A stretch of 64,000 bases of DNA from the NCBI GenBank assembly GCA_035352955.1, contig DAOPYQ010000006.1:26456-90455 (forward strand). Reading direction: 5' to 3'. Source of the stretch: Candidatus Omnitrophota bacterium. Its GTDB lineage: Bacteria > Omnitrophota > Omnitrophia > Omnitrophales > Aquincolibacteriaceae. Below, piece by piece: positions 8,994 through 19,300 of this stretch (position 1 is the first letter of the stretch; every line of letters starts with the position of its first letter). The position numbers were made by a program, and so were the translations under genes. The notes below the pieces were generated by a model that was not told the origin of the DNA, searched no databases, and saw nothing but the letters and a program-made list of their open reading frames with translations.

Positions 8994-10095
8994 CGGGGCA
9001 TGCTCCGTTATTTAACCGGTTCGAAACAATGAAATAACCCTGCCTCTCGATCGCTTTTTTTCCGGAAGCGGGGCAAAAGGTGGTTTCGCCGTTGGGGTCT
9101 GCGATATTGCCGGTGTATACGAATTTCAGGCCTTCTTCCATGGCGATCTTGCGCGCGCGAATCAGAGATTCGGGGGGTGTTGGGGGAAGGTTCTGCAGTC
9201 GATATTGAGGAAAGAAGCGGCTGAAATGGAGTGGTACGCTGTTCCCAAGGTTCTCCCGGATCCATTTTGCCATGGCGCGGATCTCGGCGTCGCTGTCGTT
9301 TTCGCCGGGGATGAGGAGGGTGACAATCTCAAGCCATACGCCACTTTGCTTGATAATCTTCAGAGATTCGAGAACATTGGACAGGTGTCCTCCCGTAAAT
9401 TTACGATAAAAGCCTTCGCTGAACGCCTTCAGGTCGACTTTGTATGCGTCCACATACTTCAGGAGCTCTTTCAAGGGCGCTGTTTCGATGTAACCGTTCG
9501 AAACGACTGCGGTCCGGAGTCCTTTTGCTTTGGCGAGTTTTGCCGTTTCAAGGACGAACTCATAATTAATTACAGGTTCGTTGTACGTGAAGGCAATGGA
9601 TTCGGCGCCGCTTCCCAACGCTTTGGCAACGACCTGTTTCGGAAAGATATTTTCGGTGGGGATGTCGTCCGGGAAACATTGCGAGATGTTCCAATTCTGG
9701 CAGAAGAGACAACGCATGTTGCAACCCGTGGAAGAGATCGAGAAGGCCTTGCTTCCCGGGAGGAAATGGAAGAAGGGTTTTTTCTCGATGGGATCCACAT
9801 GGGCGGTGGCCATTTTGCCGTAAACCATGGAATAAAGTTTTCCATCGATGTTCTTGCGGGCTTTGCATCCGCCGAATCGTCCCGGGGAGATGGTGCATAG
9901 GTTGGGGCAGAGGGAACACCGAACCGACTTGTTGGAAAAGGGTTCGTAATAAAGCGCTTCGTGTAAAGAGGGAGTGTCTTCGGGTTGATCGGTCATGTTC
10001 GTTTCATGGCGGAAGATATAAAAAACCGCGGCCCCGACGACGAGAACCAGGAAAAGGAACGCGAAGATCTTTTTTATCAGCAGCGGCGTACTCAT
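8962..10095 (-). CDS. amrS: AmmeMemoRadiSam system radical SAM enzyme.
   Basis: CNMRCLFCQNW (CxxxCxxC radical SAM cluster). N-terminal extra Cys cluster CSLCPNLC...GGC. Family-typical PFL-activase-like fold motifs. N-terminal TM-like helix IFAFLFLVLVVGAAVFYIF. Confidence 0.8.
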   Translation of the reverse strand: MSTPLLIKKIFAFLFLVLVVGAAVFYIFRHETNMTDQPEDTPSLHEALYYEPFSNKSVRCSLCPNLCTISPGRFGGCKARKNIDGKLYSMVYGKMATAHVDPIEKKPFFHFLPGSKAFSISSTGCNMRCLFCQNWNISQCFPDDIPTENIFPKQVVAKALGSGAESIAFTYNEPVINYEFVLETAKLAKAKGLRTAVVSNGYIETAPLKELLKYVDAYKVDLKAFSEGFYRKFTGGHLSNVLESLKIIKQSGVWLEIVTLLIPGENDSDAEIRAMAKWIRENLGNSVPLHFSRFFPQYRLQNLPPTPPESLIRARKIAMEEGLKFVYTGNIADPNGETTFCPASGKKAIERQGYFIVSNRLNNGACPDGEKVPGVWK

Positions 10096-10715
10096 ATGCG
10101 ATTATTATGGAAAATCGAATAGAGACCGTAAAGGAAAAAGAGTGCGGCTACCAGGAATCCGCTTAACCGTGCTGCCGTTCGGAACTCCCGGGCCCGGGCC
10201 GCCAGCCCGACGAAAGCAAGGGGCAAGAAATAAACCGAGCTGGAGAGAAAGAAGATCGTAAAATAGGCCATCCCATAAAGCGGGTTCTTATGCTGGAAAA
10301 TATAAGCTACGGACAAAAGAAACGGCGGGCAGAGATTGATCCCCATGAAAAAGCCCATTACCAGGGGGCTCTTGCCTCTGAAAAAGAGTGCTGTTCCGCA
10401 CATTCCGTTCTTTTCCTTGAGGATCCCGAGAAGATAAAGGCAGAGCAGGACCGACAAAACGATAAATGAAATATCCGTCGCGAACCCCAACCAACGAGAA
10501 TTGAGGCGTTCGCCGAGATATCCGGCAGCCATTCCGAAAATGAGGTATCCCGCCAGCCGTCCCCCGAGGAATTCCAGAACGATCCGGAGGTTTCTTCCGG
10601 AAGAACGGTTCTCTGCGGCAAGGAATGCACCCATGAACGGAAAACAGTAGGTGAGACAGAAGGCGCCTACTGAAAATCCGGCGAGCAGGGGCTGGAAGAG
10701 CATGTCGAGTACCAT
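10092..10715 (-). CDS. Polytopic membrane protein with intramembrane Cys motifs (CxxxC, LCPP). Possibly a DsbD/CcdA-like or TauE-like family protein.
   Basis: About 6 TM helices. FCLTYCFPF in TM1, and INLCPPF. Its stop overlaps the amrS start (ATGA at 10092-10095). Confidence 0.55.
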   Translation of the reverse strand: MVLDMLFQPLLAGFSVGAFCLTYCFPFMGAFLAAENRSSGRNLRIVLEFLGGRLAGYLIFGMAAGYLGERLNSRWLGFATDISFIVLSVLLCLYLLGILKEKNGMCGTALFFRGKSPLVMGFFMGINLCPPFLLSVAYIFQHKNPLYGMAYFTIFFLSSSVYFLPLAFVGLAARAREFRTAARLSGFLVAALFFLYGLYSIFHNNRI

Positions 10716-10869
10716 GGGGGTATGTTAGCAGAAAATCCAGGGGAAAAGCTCGGCAAGTCTTTTCAAGTGACAAAGCTTTCCGTTCAGTTTATCTTAGTGT
10801 TCGCCGAAGAAAAGGACCGTGAGGTGCCAGTGATTTTGGAAGTTTCAATGCCCCTAGGAGGCGTGATTC

Positions 10870-11304
10870 GTGAAAAACCGGCCTGTTAAAGAATTTATGG
10901 TAAAAGATCCCATCACTTTGAATATCGATGAATCGTTTTGCAGCGTCGCCGAAATCTTCAAAGAAAAGGATATCCGCCATCTGCCGATCGTCAATTCTAG
11001 CGGGGTGATTCTCGGGGTGATTTCCCAGCGCGATCTGAACCGTATCGCTTCTCCCGAGAAAGGGCCGGATGGCCAGTACGTCTACGATGCGGACAAGCTG
11101 AGCCAGTTTATTCTGAAACAGCATGTGATCCAGAAGGTCATCACGCTTTCTCCCGAGGACACGATCGAAAAGGCCACAGAGCTTATGGCGATGAAAAAGC
11201 TCGGCTGCATCCCTGTGGTGGACAAAGAGGAACACGTCGTCGGCATCCTGACGGTGGTTGATCTTCTCAAATTACTCCTCAAGATCTTGCGCGAACAAAA
11301 CTGA
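10870..11304 (+). CDS. CBS-pair domain protein.
   Basis: Two CBS-like repeats (DIRHLPIVNSSGVILGVISQRDL and LGCIPVVDKEEHVVGILTVVDL). GGAGG lies 8 nt upstream of the GTG start. Confidence 0.75.
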   Translation: MKNRPVKEFMVKDPITLNIDESFCSVAEIFKEKDIRHLPIVNSSGVILGVISQRDLNRIASPEKGPDGQYVYDADKLSQFILKQHVIQKVITLSPEDTIEKATELMAMKKLGCIPVVDKEEHVVGILTVVDLLKLLLKILREQN

Positions 11305-11397
11305 TCGCGGGTAGCTTCATTTTCGGTTTCCGGCAAAGGCGGGCCGTTCCTCGTCTGTTCCAATGGTTTCCAACTGTTTTTTCAAAAAGGAGTTTTT

Positions 11398-11877
11398 ATG
11401 GACGCATCGTCAAAGCAAGAGCCTTCCGAAGTTCCGGAGTTGAATGAGCCGCACGTGATCAGCCTTCTTAAACAGATCCAGCAGCAGCTGGGGTTTCTTG
11501 AAAAAAAGATCGATGGCTTGGTGGCGCAATCCCAGGGCCAGGGGCGGCCGGAGCGCGAAAGATCTTTTTCGAAACCGGGCGGCAGGCCGTTCGGCCATTC
11601 TTTTCACCATGGTAAACCCGGAGGTTTTGGCAAGCCGGGGGGCTTTCATCGTGAAGGGAAGTCGGGCGGGTTCAGCCATGAGGGGAGATCCGGGGGTTTC
11701 AATCGTGACCGTTCTTACAGCGGTCCCCGTCGTGATGAGGGGCGGTCGCCTGGTCAATACCGCGGCTTTAGTCACGGCGCCCCTTCCGGCGGACCTTTCT
11801 CTGCGGGTGGTTTTGACAAGCCTCATGGCGGCGGATTCCGTAAACCTTTCCGCGGGAAAAAGAAGTTTTCCCAATAG
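11398..11877 (+). CDS. Hypothetical protein with a coiled-coil N-terminus and an RGG/GGF Gly-Arg-rich low-complexity C-terminus (possible nucleic-acid-binding IDP).
   Basis: Repeats PGGFGKPGGFHREGKSGGFSHEGRSGGFNRDRS. Strong RBS AAGGAG 5 nt upstream of the ATG. Confidence 0.55.
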   Translation: MDASSKQEPSEVPELNEPHVISLLKQIQQQLGFLEKKIDGLVAQSQGQGRPERERSFSKPGGRPFGHSFHHGKPGGFGKPGGFHREGKSGGFSHEGRSGGFNRDRSYSGPRRDEGRSPGQYRGFSHGAPSGGPFSAGGFDKPHGGGFRKPFRGKKKFSQ

Positions 11878-11908
11878 TTCGCGGGCCGTTTTAAAGCTGT
11901 AAGGTCGT

Positions 11909-12370
11909 ATGCGAAAAATAATCTTCGTTTGTGCGGTCATTTTCCTGGCGTGCCAGGCACTGAAGCTTGTCAACGCGATTCCGTGGCGCTCCGACTACGA
12001 AGCCGCTACTAGGGAAGCGGTGACGAAGGGAAAGCCGCTGATGGTTTATTTTCAGGTCAAGTGGTGCGGGCAGTGCCGCAAGTTGGAAGGCGGGGCGCTC
12101 GGTGATTGGACCGTCAAGGAACACGCCCGAGAATTTATTTGTGTCAAACTGGATGCCGAGGCACGGGCGGATCTCGCTTTCCGCTTTGGGGTGCAGGGTT
12201 ATCCGACCATTCTTTTCCTTGATCCCTACGGGAAGGTTCTCAACCGGTTCGAAGGCTACGGGATGGGGGCGAAGGCGCTTTTGCGGCTCAAAATGAAGAA
12301 CGCGCTGAATAGAAAAGCCGGCCGGGCTGAGCTTCCGGAAGTTCTTTTTATACAGGATCTTTTTTTCTAA
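11909..12370 (+). CDS. Exported thioredoxin-fold protein (CGQC active site).
   Basis: Signal peptide MRKIIFVCAVIFLACQA. WCGQC thioredoxin motif. YPTILFLD. Confidence 0.75.
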   Translation: MRKIIFVCAVIFLACQALKLVNAIPWRSDYEAATREAVTKGKPLMVYFQVKWCGQCRKLEGGALGDWTVKEHAREFICVKLDAEARADLAFRFGVQGYPTILFLDPYGKVLNRFEGYGMGAKALLRLKMKNALNRKAGRAELPEVLFIQDLFF

Positions 12371-12388
12371 AAGGCCGGCCCGTCGGTA

Positions 12389-13108
12389 TTAATTCTTTTT
12401 ACCCTCTTCGAAATAAGCCGAAAACCAATCCTCGATTTTTTCGAGTTTTCCGTATTCCAGAAGGGACTGGGTGAACTGCGCGTAGCAGTTCAAATTACCG
12501 ACAGCGTTCAGGGTGGCGTCTTCGAGACCGGCGCTCACCAGCCGCTGGTGGAACCCCTGATTCACGATTTCGACCTCTTGGTAGAACTTCCCAAAATCCT
12601 CGAACGCCCAATCGGGCTTTCCGCCCCGTTTATGGATAAAGATCTGGGCCAGCGCGTAGATTGAAAGGGCACGGTAGGCTGTTTCTTGGCATGTTGCGAA
12701 AGGGAGGTGGAGGACGGCCAGGGGACGGAGCTTGTCCATGATGGGGCAGCCGCTTGTGGCCATGTAGAGGCCGACCAACGAACGCAGGACGTTGTGGAGT
12801 GCAATCTCCCTCTGATAAGTCCGCGCTTCAGTCCGAATCGTGACCTTGACCTCTTCGTAGGAAATGTTTTTCGAAAACGCTTCCGCCACGCCGACGATGT
12901 GCCTTGCGATGGGACAGTGGGGGTGTTGGGCCGGGCTGAGCGGGCAATTTTTGCATTGGTGGCAGGTGAGGGCGGTCCATTCAGGATAATTATCGCGCGG
13001 CGGAACCTGTGACAGATAGGTTACAGGATCAAGTTCGACGAGCAATTCCTGTGTTCTTCCGTTCGGGAATGCGATCTCGTATTGGATCCGGATGTTCTTT
13101 TCCGCCAT
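12389..13108 (-). CDS. Hypothetical protein with an N-terminal Cys-x2-Cys-x2-Cys-x9-Cys cluster.
   Basis: TCHQCKNCPLSPAQHPHCP motif. No recognisable family. Divergent from the B12-rSAM gene. Confidence 0.5.
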   Translation of the reverse strand: MAEKNIRIQYEIAFPNGRTQELLVELDPVTYLSQVPPRDNYPEWTALTCHQCKNCPLSPAQHPHCPIARHIVGVAEAFSKNISYEEVKVTIRTEARTYQREIALHNVLRSLVGLYMATSGCPIMDKLRPLAVLHLPFATCQETAYRALSIYALAQIFIHKRGGKPDWAFEDFGKFYQEVEIVNQGFHQRLVSAGLEDATLNAVGNLNCYAQFTQSLLEYGKLEKIEDWFSAYFEEGKKN

Positions 13109-13241
13109 GGGACGACCCCTTTGTCGATGGTTCGGAACATCCTACCATATCCTGCTTTTAAAATGAACTTCTCCGGCTGCGACCTCGGCTTGATTAAAAC
13201 AGAAAAGCAGGGTATAAAGTACGCTCAAAGGCGAAAGGTCG

Positions 13242-14705
13242 GTGCTCTTGAAAGTTTTTTTTCTGAATATTCCTTACCACGAACGCTTCACCCGAGAAAG
13301 CCGTTCTCCAGGTGTGGCGCCTTCCGGAACCCTCTATTACCCCATTTACATGGCGCTGGCCGCGGGATTGGTGCGCAAACACGGGTATGAGATTGATTTT
13401 TTTGATGCCCCCGCCGAAGGATATGATGTGACCCGGACCGAAGAGCGCGTGGCCGCTTTTAAGCCGGATCTGATCGTTGCAACGACCGTGACGGCGTCCG
13501 TGCATCATGATGTCAAAGTCATGGACCAGCTTGCCAAGAAGACAGGTGCTATGACGATGCTGGTCGGCACGCATCCGACCGCGCGGCCGTTGGAAACCCT
13601 CAAGATGTCGCCGACGCTGGACTTCGTTGCCGTGGGGGAATATGACTTTACGGTGCTGGAGGTGGTCCAGCACTTTGGCGGAGCCAAGACGCGCGAACAG
13701 CTGGCTTGGGTCAAAGGCCTGGCTTACCGCCTCGCCGACCAATATTTCCTGAACGAACGCCGGCCGTGGCATGAGGACCTCGACGAGATCCCTTGGGCGA
13801 GTCTGATCTATCGCGATTTCCTGAAGATTGAAAATTACAGCTACGGGGCTCAGCTTATCCCTGAGGTCACTATCGTAAGCGGTCGCGGATGCCCGTATCA
13901 GTGTACGTTCTGTGTTTTTCCGCAGACGATTACGGGGCAGCGGTACCGGCCGCGTTCGGTGAAAGATGTAGTCGATGAAATGGAATTCATCCAGAAGACC
14001 TGGCCGCAGAATAGGGAGATCATGTTTGAGGACGATACCCTGACGGTGGACAAGGTCCGGATGCGCGAGCTTTCGGAAGAGATCCTGAGGCGTCAACTTA
14101 ACGTGACGTGGTCCGGGAATGCCCGTGCGGATTTCGACGATGTTGATCTTCTCCGGCTCATGAAACGGGCTGGATGCCGGCTTTTTTGCGTGGGGTTCGA
14201 ATCGGCGGATCAGGGGATCCTGGATGAAATGAAGAAGGGCGGCAGTACCGTGAAGATGCAGGAGCGGTTCGTAAAGGCCTGTAATGAGGCGGGGATCATG
14301 ATCCATGGCTGCTTTCTGTTCGGCGGTGCCCATGAAACGCGAGCGACGATGCGAAAGACGCTTGATCTCGCGAAGCGCATGAGGCTTGATACGGCTCAGT
14401 TTTTTCCGATTATGGTCTATCCCGGTACTCGGGCGTATGAGGAGGCGAAAGCGCGGGGGGAGCTTCTTTCCGAGAACTACGGCGAATGGCTGCGTGAGAG
14501 CGGTTATTACCTGTCGCAGGTACAGCGCGGGGAATTAAGCGGTGAAGAAATCTCGGCGTTCACGGACCGGGCCTACCGCGAATTCTATTTTCGACCCTCG
14601 TTTATGCTGGGGAAAGCCAGGCAATTTCTGTTTTGTCAGCGCGAGCGCTCCCGCATCCTTTTTGGTTTTAAGTTTTTCCTCAAAAAAATATTTTCCAAAG
14701 GATGA
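13242..14705 (+). CDS. B12-binding domain radical SAM protein (class B rSAM).
   Basis: N-terminal cobalamin-binding Rossmann segment (LIVATTVTASVHHDVKVMDQLAKK...MLVGTHPT). rSAM cluster SGRGCPYQCTFCVFP. GTG start is tentative. Confidence 0.8.
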   Translation: MLLKVFFLNIPYHERFTRESRSPGVAPSGTLYYPIYMALAAGLVRKHGYEIDFFDAPAEGYDVTRTEERVAAFKPDLIVATTVTASVHHDVKVMDQLAKKTGAMTMLVGTHPTARPLETLKMSPTLDFVAVGEYDFTVLEVVQHFGGAKTREQLAWVKGLAYRLADQYFLNERRPWHEDLDEIPWASLIYRDFLKIENYSYGAQLIPEVTIVSGRGCPYQCTFCVFPQTITGQRYRPRSVKDVVDEMEFIQKTWPQNREIMFEDDTLTVDKVRMRELSEEILRRQLNVTWSGNARADFDDVDLLRLMKRAGCRLFCVGFESADQGILDEMKKGGSTVKMQERFVKACNEAGIMIHGCFLFGGAHETRATMRKTLDLAKRMRLDTAQFFPIMVYPGTRAYEEAKARGELLSENYGEWLRESGYYLSQVQRGELSGEEISAFTDRAYREFYFRPSFMLGKARQFLFCQRERSRILFGFKFFLKKIFSKG

Positions 14706-14709
14706 TCCC

Positions 14710-15696
14710 GTGAAGATCGCGGTCGTCTCGGCGGTTTACAACGAAGAAAAATATATCGGCAGGCTCATTGAAAGCCTTCTTGCCCAAGCGTGCATTCCGG
14801 ACGAGATCATCTTCGTGGATGACGGATCGAAAGACGGTACCGCGAAAGTGATCGAGGGTTATGCGGCGCGATATTCCACGATCCGCTTGATCCGTAACAC
14901 CAATCAGGGACCCGCCGCCTCGCGGAATATGGCATGGAGGAACGCCTCCTCCGAGATCGTGATTTTTACGGACGGGGACTGTGTGCCGGATCCGGACTGG
15001 ACCGGAAATTTACTGAGGCATTTCACTTCGGAAGAGATCGCTGCGGTGGCGGGCACGTACCGTACGCTGAACACGGAGAATATCCTGGCACGTTTTGTAG
15101 GTTACGAGATCGCGTGGCGTTACCGGAACGTCCGCGGGGAGATCGACGTCCACGGGGCTTACAATCTGGCGGTGCGGCGACGGGTGCTTGAGGAAATGAA
15201 CGGGTTTAATGAGATCTATAAGGCTCCGAGCGGTGAGGATTTCGATCTGACCTTCCGGATCTCGCGCAAATACAAGATCCTTTTTGCGGCCGATGCCGTT
15301 GTCGCGCATGCACATCCCGAATCATTCTGGTGGTATATGAGGAACCAGACGCGCCGGGGTTTCGACCGCATGAAACTTTACTATGATCATCCGGAAAAAC
15401 GGGGAAGTGACACCTATACCGGAAAACTCCCGAAATATCAGGTTCTTGCCGCGGGACTTTTGGTTTTGTCGCTCTTTCTTTTGCTGTTCCCGGGTTTTAT
15501 AAGTATGATTGCTCCCGTGTTAATTCTGCCGCCGTTCTTGTTTCTTTTTGGATCGTGCTTTTATTCCTTCCCGTACATTTTTAAACGCGATCCTATGGTT
15601 GCATGCTATGGGGCCAAAGTGCAGTTCTTCCGTTCTTTTGCGTGGGCCTTGGGCGCGGCGCAGGGTCTTCTCCGGTTCGGATTTAAACTCAAATGA
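14710..15696 (+). CDS. Family 2 glycosyltransferase with C-terminal TM helices (GtrB / polyprenyl-phosphate sugar synthase-like).
   Basis: VSAVYNEEKYIGRLIESLLAQ...IIFVDDGSKDGT...TDGD motifs, with two C-terminal TM helices. In-frame GTG at 14710. The upstream frame extension overlaps the rSAM gene and was rejected. Confidence 0.75.
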   Translation: MKIAVVSAVYNEEKYIGRLIESLLAQACIPDEIIFVDDGSKDGTAKVIEGYAARYSTIRLIRNTNQGPAASRNMAWRNASSEIVIFTDGDCVPDPDWTGNLLRHFTSEEIAAVAGTYRTLNTENILARFVGYEIAWRYRNVRGEIDVHGAYNLAVRRRVLEEMNGFNEIYKAPSGEDFDLTFRISRKYKILFAADAVVAHAHPESFWWYMRNQTRRGFDRMKLYYDHPEKRGSDTYTGKLPKYQVLAAGLLVLSLFLLLFPGFISMIAPVLILPPFLFLFGSCFYSFPYIFKRDPMVACYGAKVQFFRSFAWALGAAQGLLRFGFKLK

Positions 15697-16346
15697 AAAG
15701 ACTTGAAGTCAAAAAAGAAAACTGGGACAAGTTCTGGAGTTCGGAAGCCTCCGGGCGTTATACCCGGATCAGCTGGAGCAAGCGCCGTATCCTAGCAGTG
15801 CTCGACCCGTTTCTGCGGGAGGGAATGGAAGTGCTGGACGCGGGCTGCGGTTCCGGATTTTTTTCGCAGTATTTTCTGAGCAAGAGCTGTCGCGTATGGT
15901 CGTTGGATCATTCAGAAGCATCGCTTGAGATCACGCGGAAGAATACCGGCGGCAAGTGTCAGGCGTATTTGAAGGAAGATCTTTTGAACGAGAAATGGAC
16001 GGCGGCTTTTCGGAATAAGTTCGATCTGGTCTTTACGGACGGACTTTTTGAGCATTTCCTTCCTGAGGATCAAAGGGCTCTGCTTGATCGGTTCAAAAGT
16101 GTGAAAAAGGAGAACGGAATCCTCGCAACCTTTGTTCCGAATCGCGATTCCTGGTGGCAGATTGTGCGGCCGCTCGCGATGCCCGGAATCCGTGAAGTGC
16201 CATTTACGGCATCCGGGCTCCGGGCGCTTCATTCAGGAATGAAAATCCTCAAGACGGGGGGGCTTAGTGTCCTTCCGTTTCGGTTCTCTCCGGAAAAAAT
16301 TCTTTCTCCGAAGTTCGGGATGATCCTCTATCTTCTTGCGGTTTAG
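15693..16346 (+). CDS. Class I SAM-dependent methyltransferase.
   Basis: VLDAGCGSGFFS (motif I), and the start overlaps the GT2 stop. Confidence 0.8.
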   Translation: MKRLEVKKENWDKFWSSEASGRYTRISWSKRRILAVLDPFLREGMEVLDAGCGSGFFSQYFLSKSCRVWSLDHSEASLEITRKNTGGKCQAYLKEDLLNEKWTAAFRNKFDLVFTDGLFEHFLPEDQRALLDRFKSVKKENGILATFVPNRDSWWQIVRPLAMPGIREVPFTASGLRALHSGMKILKTGGLSVLPFRFSPEKILSPKFGMILYLLAV

Positions 16347-19300
16347 AGCTTGCTGCGGAGTTTCGCGACAAGGCGTGAGCCTGTCGAGAGGCAGCTGCGG
16401 AGCGGTATCCCGACCCAGTTCTCGAACCTATTCTTCATGCTTTCCGTGTCTTCCAGTTTTACGAAGACGAGATATGCCGTCGGGACCACAAAGAGCGTTA
16501 AAAGGGTCGAGACCAGCACGCCTCCGATGACGCAGACGGCCATCGGGATGCGGGTTTCGGCTCCGGGACCGAGTGCGAGAGCCGGGGGGATGGCTGCAGC
16601 GATCGTGGATACCGACGTCATAATGATCGGACGCAAGCGGATCGGACAGGCGGCTTTCAGAGCTTCAAGCGGTGTGAGGCCTCGCTCGCGCATCTGATTC
16701 GTGAAATCCACCAGCAGGATCGAATTTTTCTTCACAATCCCCATCAAAAGGATCAATCCGATGAAGCTGAAAATATTCAGCGACTGGTTCGCTATGAGAA
16801 GAGCGAGAAAAGCCCCCGAAATGCTGAACGGGAGGGCCAGGAAGATCGTGATCGGGTGCACAATGTGATTGTATTGGGATGCGAGGACCATGTAAGCGAC
16901 GATGAGTCCCAGAAGCATGGCGAAGCCGAGGCTCCCGAAAGATTCTTTCATGGTCTGGCTGGTCCCGCTGAAGACGACGTGATATTCGCTGTCTTTCAGA
17001 ACTTTTTTACCGATCTCGGCAGCAGCTTTGATCGCGTTGGCCTGGGATTTTCCTTTCGGAACGTTTGCGTAAATACTGACGGACCGTTCGCGGGCGCGAC
17101 GGGTGATGTTCAAAAGGCTCGGTTGTTCTTTCATGATGATGACTTCTGAAAGCCGGACCATTTCCCCCCGGTTATTCCAGACCCAAAGTTTACTGATGTC
17201 TTCGGGGGTCATGCGCTGGTCGGGAAGGGCTTTGACGCGGACGTCGTATCGGCGGCCGTCCTGCGTGTACTTGGCGATCTTTTCGCCTCCGATCATCGCG
17301 TTGATCGTTTCCGCGATGGAGTGAACGCTGACCCCGTGTTCATAGGCCTTATCACGGTCGGGATAGATCCGCACTTCCGTGACGCCGGTGCGGTAATCCG
17401 TATCCACGTCCTGGAACATCGGGTTCGATTTCATTTTTTCCTGGATTTCGGTCGCATAAGCGATGAGTTTGTCCCAATTGGGCCCGCGGACCGTGAACTG
17501 CACCGGGAACCCTCCGTAGGCGGCGAAACCCCGCATGGAAAGATCCTGGATCACCGCCCGGAGCTTCGGGATCTTGTTGATCTCGCGCCGGAAATAGTCC
17601 ATTAATTCTTCCTGGTTGGGACGATGCCCGAGCTTTGGGTCAACCTTGCGTTCTAAAGGATCTTTCAAGGTCATGAAAAGCAACCCCGCGTTCATTTCTC
17701 CTTCGAATCCTCCCATACGAGTGCCGATTACGCAGAAATAGCGTTTCACATCGGGATGTTTCATGGCCAGAGCTTCCACTTCCTTGAACCGTTCGCTGGT
17801 GTATGCGATCGAGGATCCGATGGGGGTTTCCAGCTGGACGAGGAACATGCTCTGGTCTTGGGCTGGGGACATTTCTTTCCGGAGGAAGGGGAGCGTGAAG
17901 AGCGAAAGGATGAAGAAAATCGCCGCCCCAGCCAGCACGATCTTTTTGTGATCGAGCGCGATCGTGAGCCACTGATGATAAATTTCGGAGAGACGGATCA
18001 TGCCGCGCTCGAATTTTTTTCCGAACCGGGTGCTTCTTTCTCCGACTTCCAGGAACTGGGAACAGCGCATCGGTGCGAGCGTTAACGCTTCCAACAACGA
18101 CAGGAAAACCGCGACGGTAATCGTGATGCCGAACTGGAGAAAGTATTTTCCGACGATCCCTTGCATGTAAATGACCGGAATGAAAATGGCTGCGATCGAC
18201 AAGGTGGCGGCGATGGCTGCGGACATGATTTCCTTGGAGCCCTTTAAGGCCGCCTCGACCTTGGCTTCGCCTTTTTCACGGTGACGGACGATATTTTCAA
18301 GCACCATGATGGCGTCATCGACGACGATTCCGATTGCAAGGGAAAGTCCCAGCAGCGTGAACGTATTCAGCGTGAACCCCGCGAATTTGATCACGATAAA
18401 GGCGCCCAAGATCGAGGTCGGGATCGCCAGGAGGATGTTCAGGTTCGAACTCCAGGAGCCGAGGAAGATCCAACAGACGAGCGAGGTCAGAAGCGCCGAA
18501 AGGATAAGCGTGAACACCAGTTCATGCACGGAATCCTCGATGAATTTGCTGGAATCAAAGTTGATGTCCATGTCGTAGCCGGGGGGGAGGGTCTTTTTTA
18601 GCTCGGTCAGACGTTTTTTGACGGCTTTGGCGACCTCGACCGTATTGGCGCCGCGCTGTTTCCGGATGCCGATGCCGACGGAGTCCTGTCCCATGACGCG
18701 CGCCATTTTACGGACGTCTGCGAGGCCGTCCTCGATTGTGGCGACTTCTTTGAGTAGGATCTGACGGTAATTAGGCTGGCCTTGCCGTGTGGAGATCACG
18801 ATCTTTTCGAATTCTTTGACGGTCCTGGCTTCGCCCATGGCACGGACGGACGATTCACGCTCGGCCGTTTCGAGCCGTCCCGCCGGGATTTCGACGTGTT
18901 CGGTCTGGATCGCATTGACAACGTCTTCAACGGTGAGCTGGTATTGAAGAAGTTTTTTTGTGTCGAGCCATACGCGGAGGTTTCGCTCGAGGAACCCTCC
19001 GAGGAAAATTTCGCCGACGCCCGGGACCGTTTTGAACCGGTCTTTCAGGTTTCGGTCGACGTAGTCCATCAGTTCTTTGACGGGTTTGTTCGATGTGACA
19101 CCGATCCAAAGGATCGGCTGGTCTTCGGGGTTGAATTTCTGGATGACCGCCGGATCCATATCGCGGGGGAGGCGGCGCTGGGCTTCCGCGATCTTACTCT
19201 GGACTTCCTGGAGTGCAACATCGATGTCGCGATCCAGATCGAATTCGAGAGTGACGTTCGCGGCGCCTTCGCGGGAAACCGAGGAGACTTCACGCAATCC

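Noticed and set aside
14542-14709. Upstream extension of the GT2 frame (MKKSRRSR...).
   Set aside because: It overlaps the C-terminus of the rSAM gene. The conserved GT2 N-terminus (KIAVVSAVYNEE) begins at the in-frame GTG 14710.
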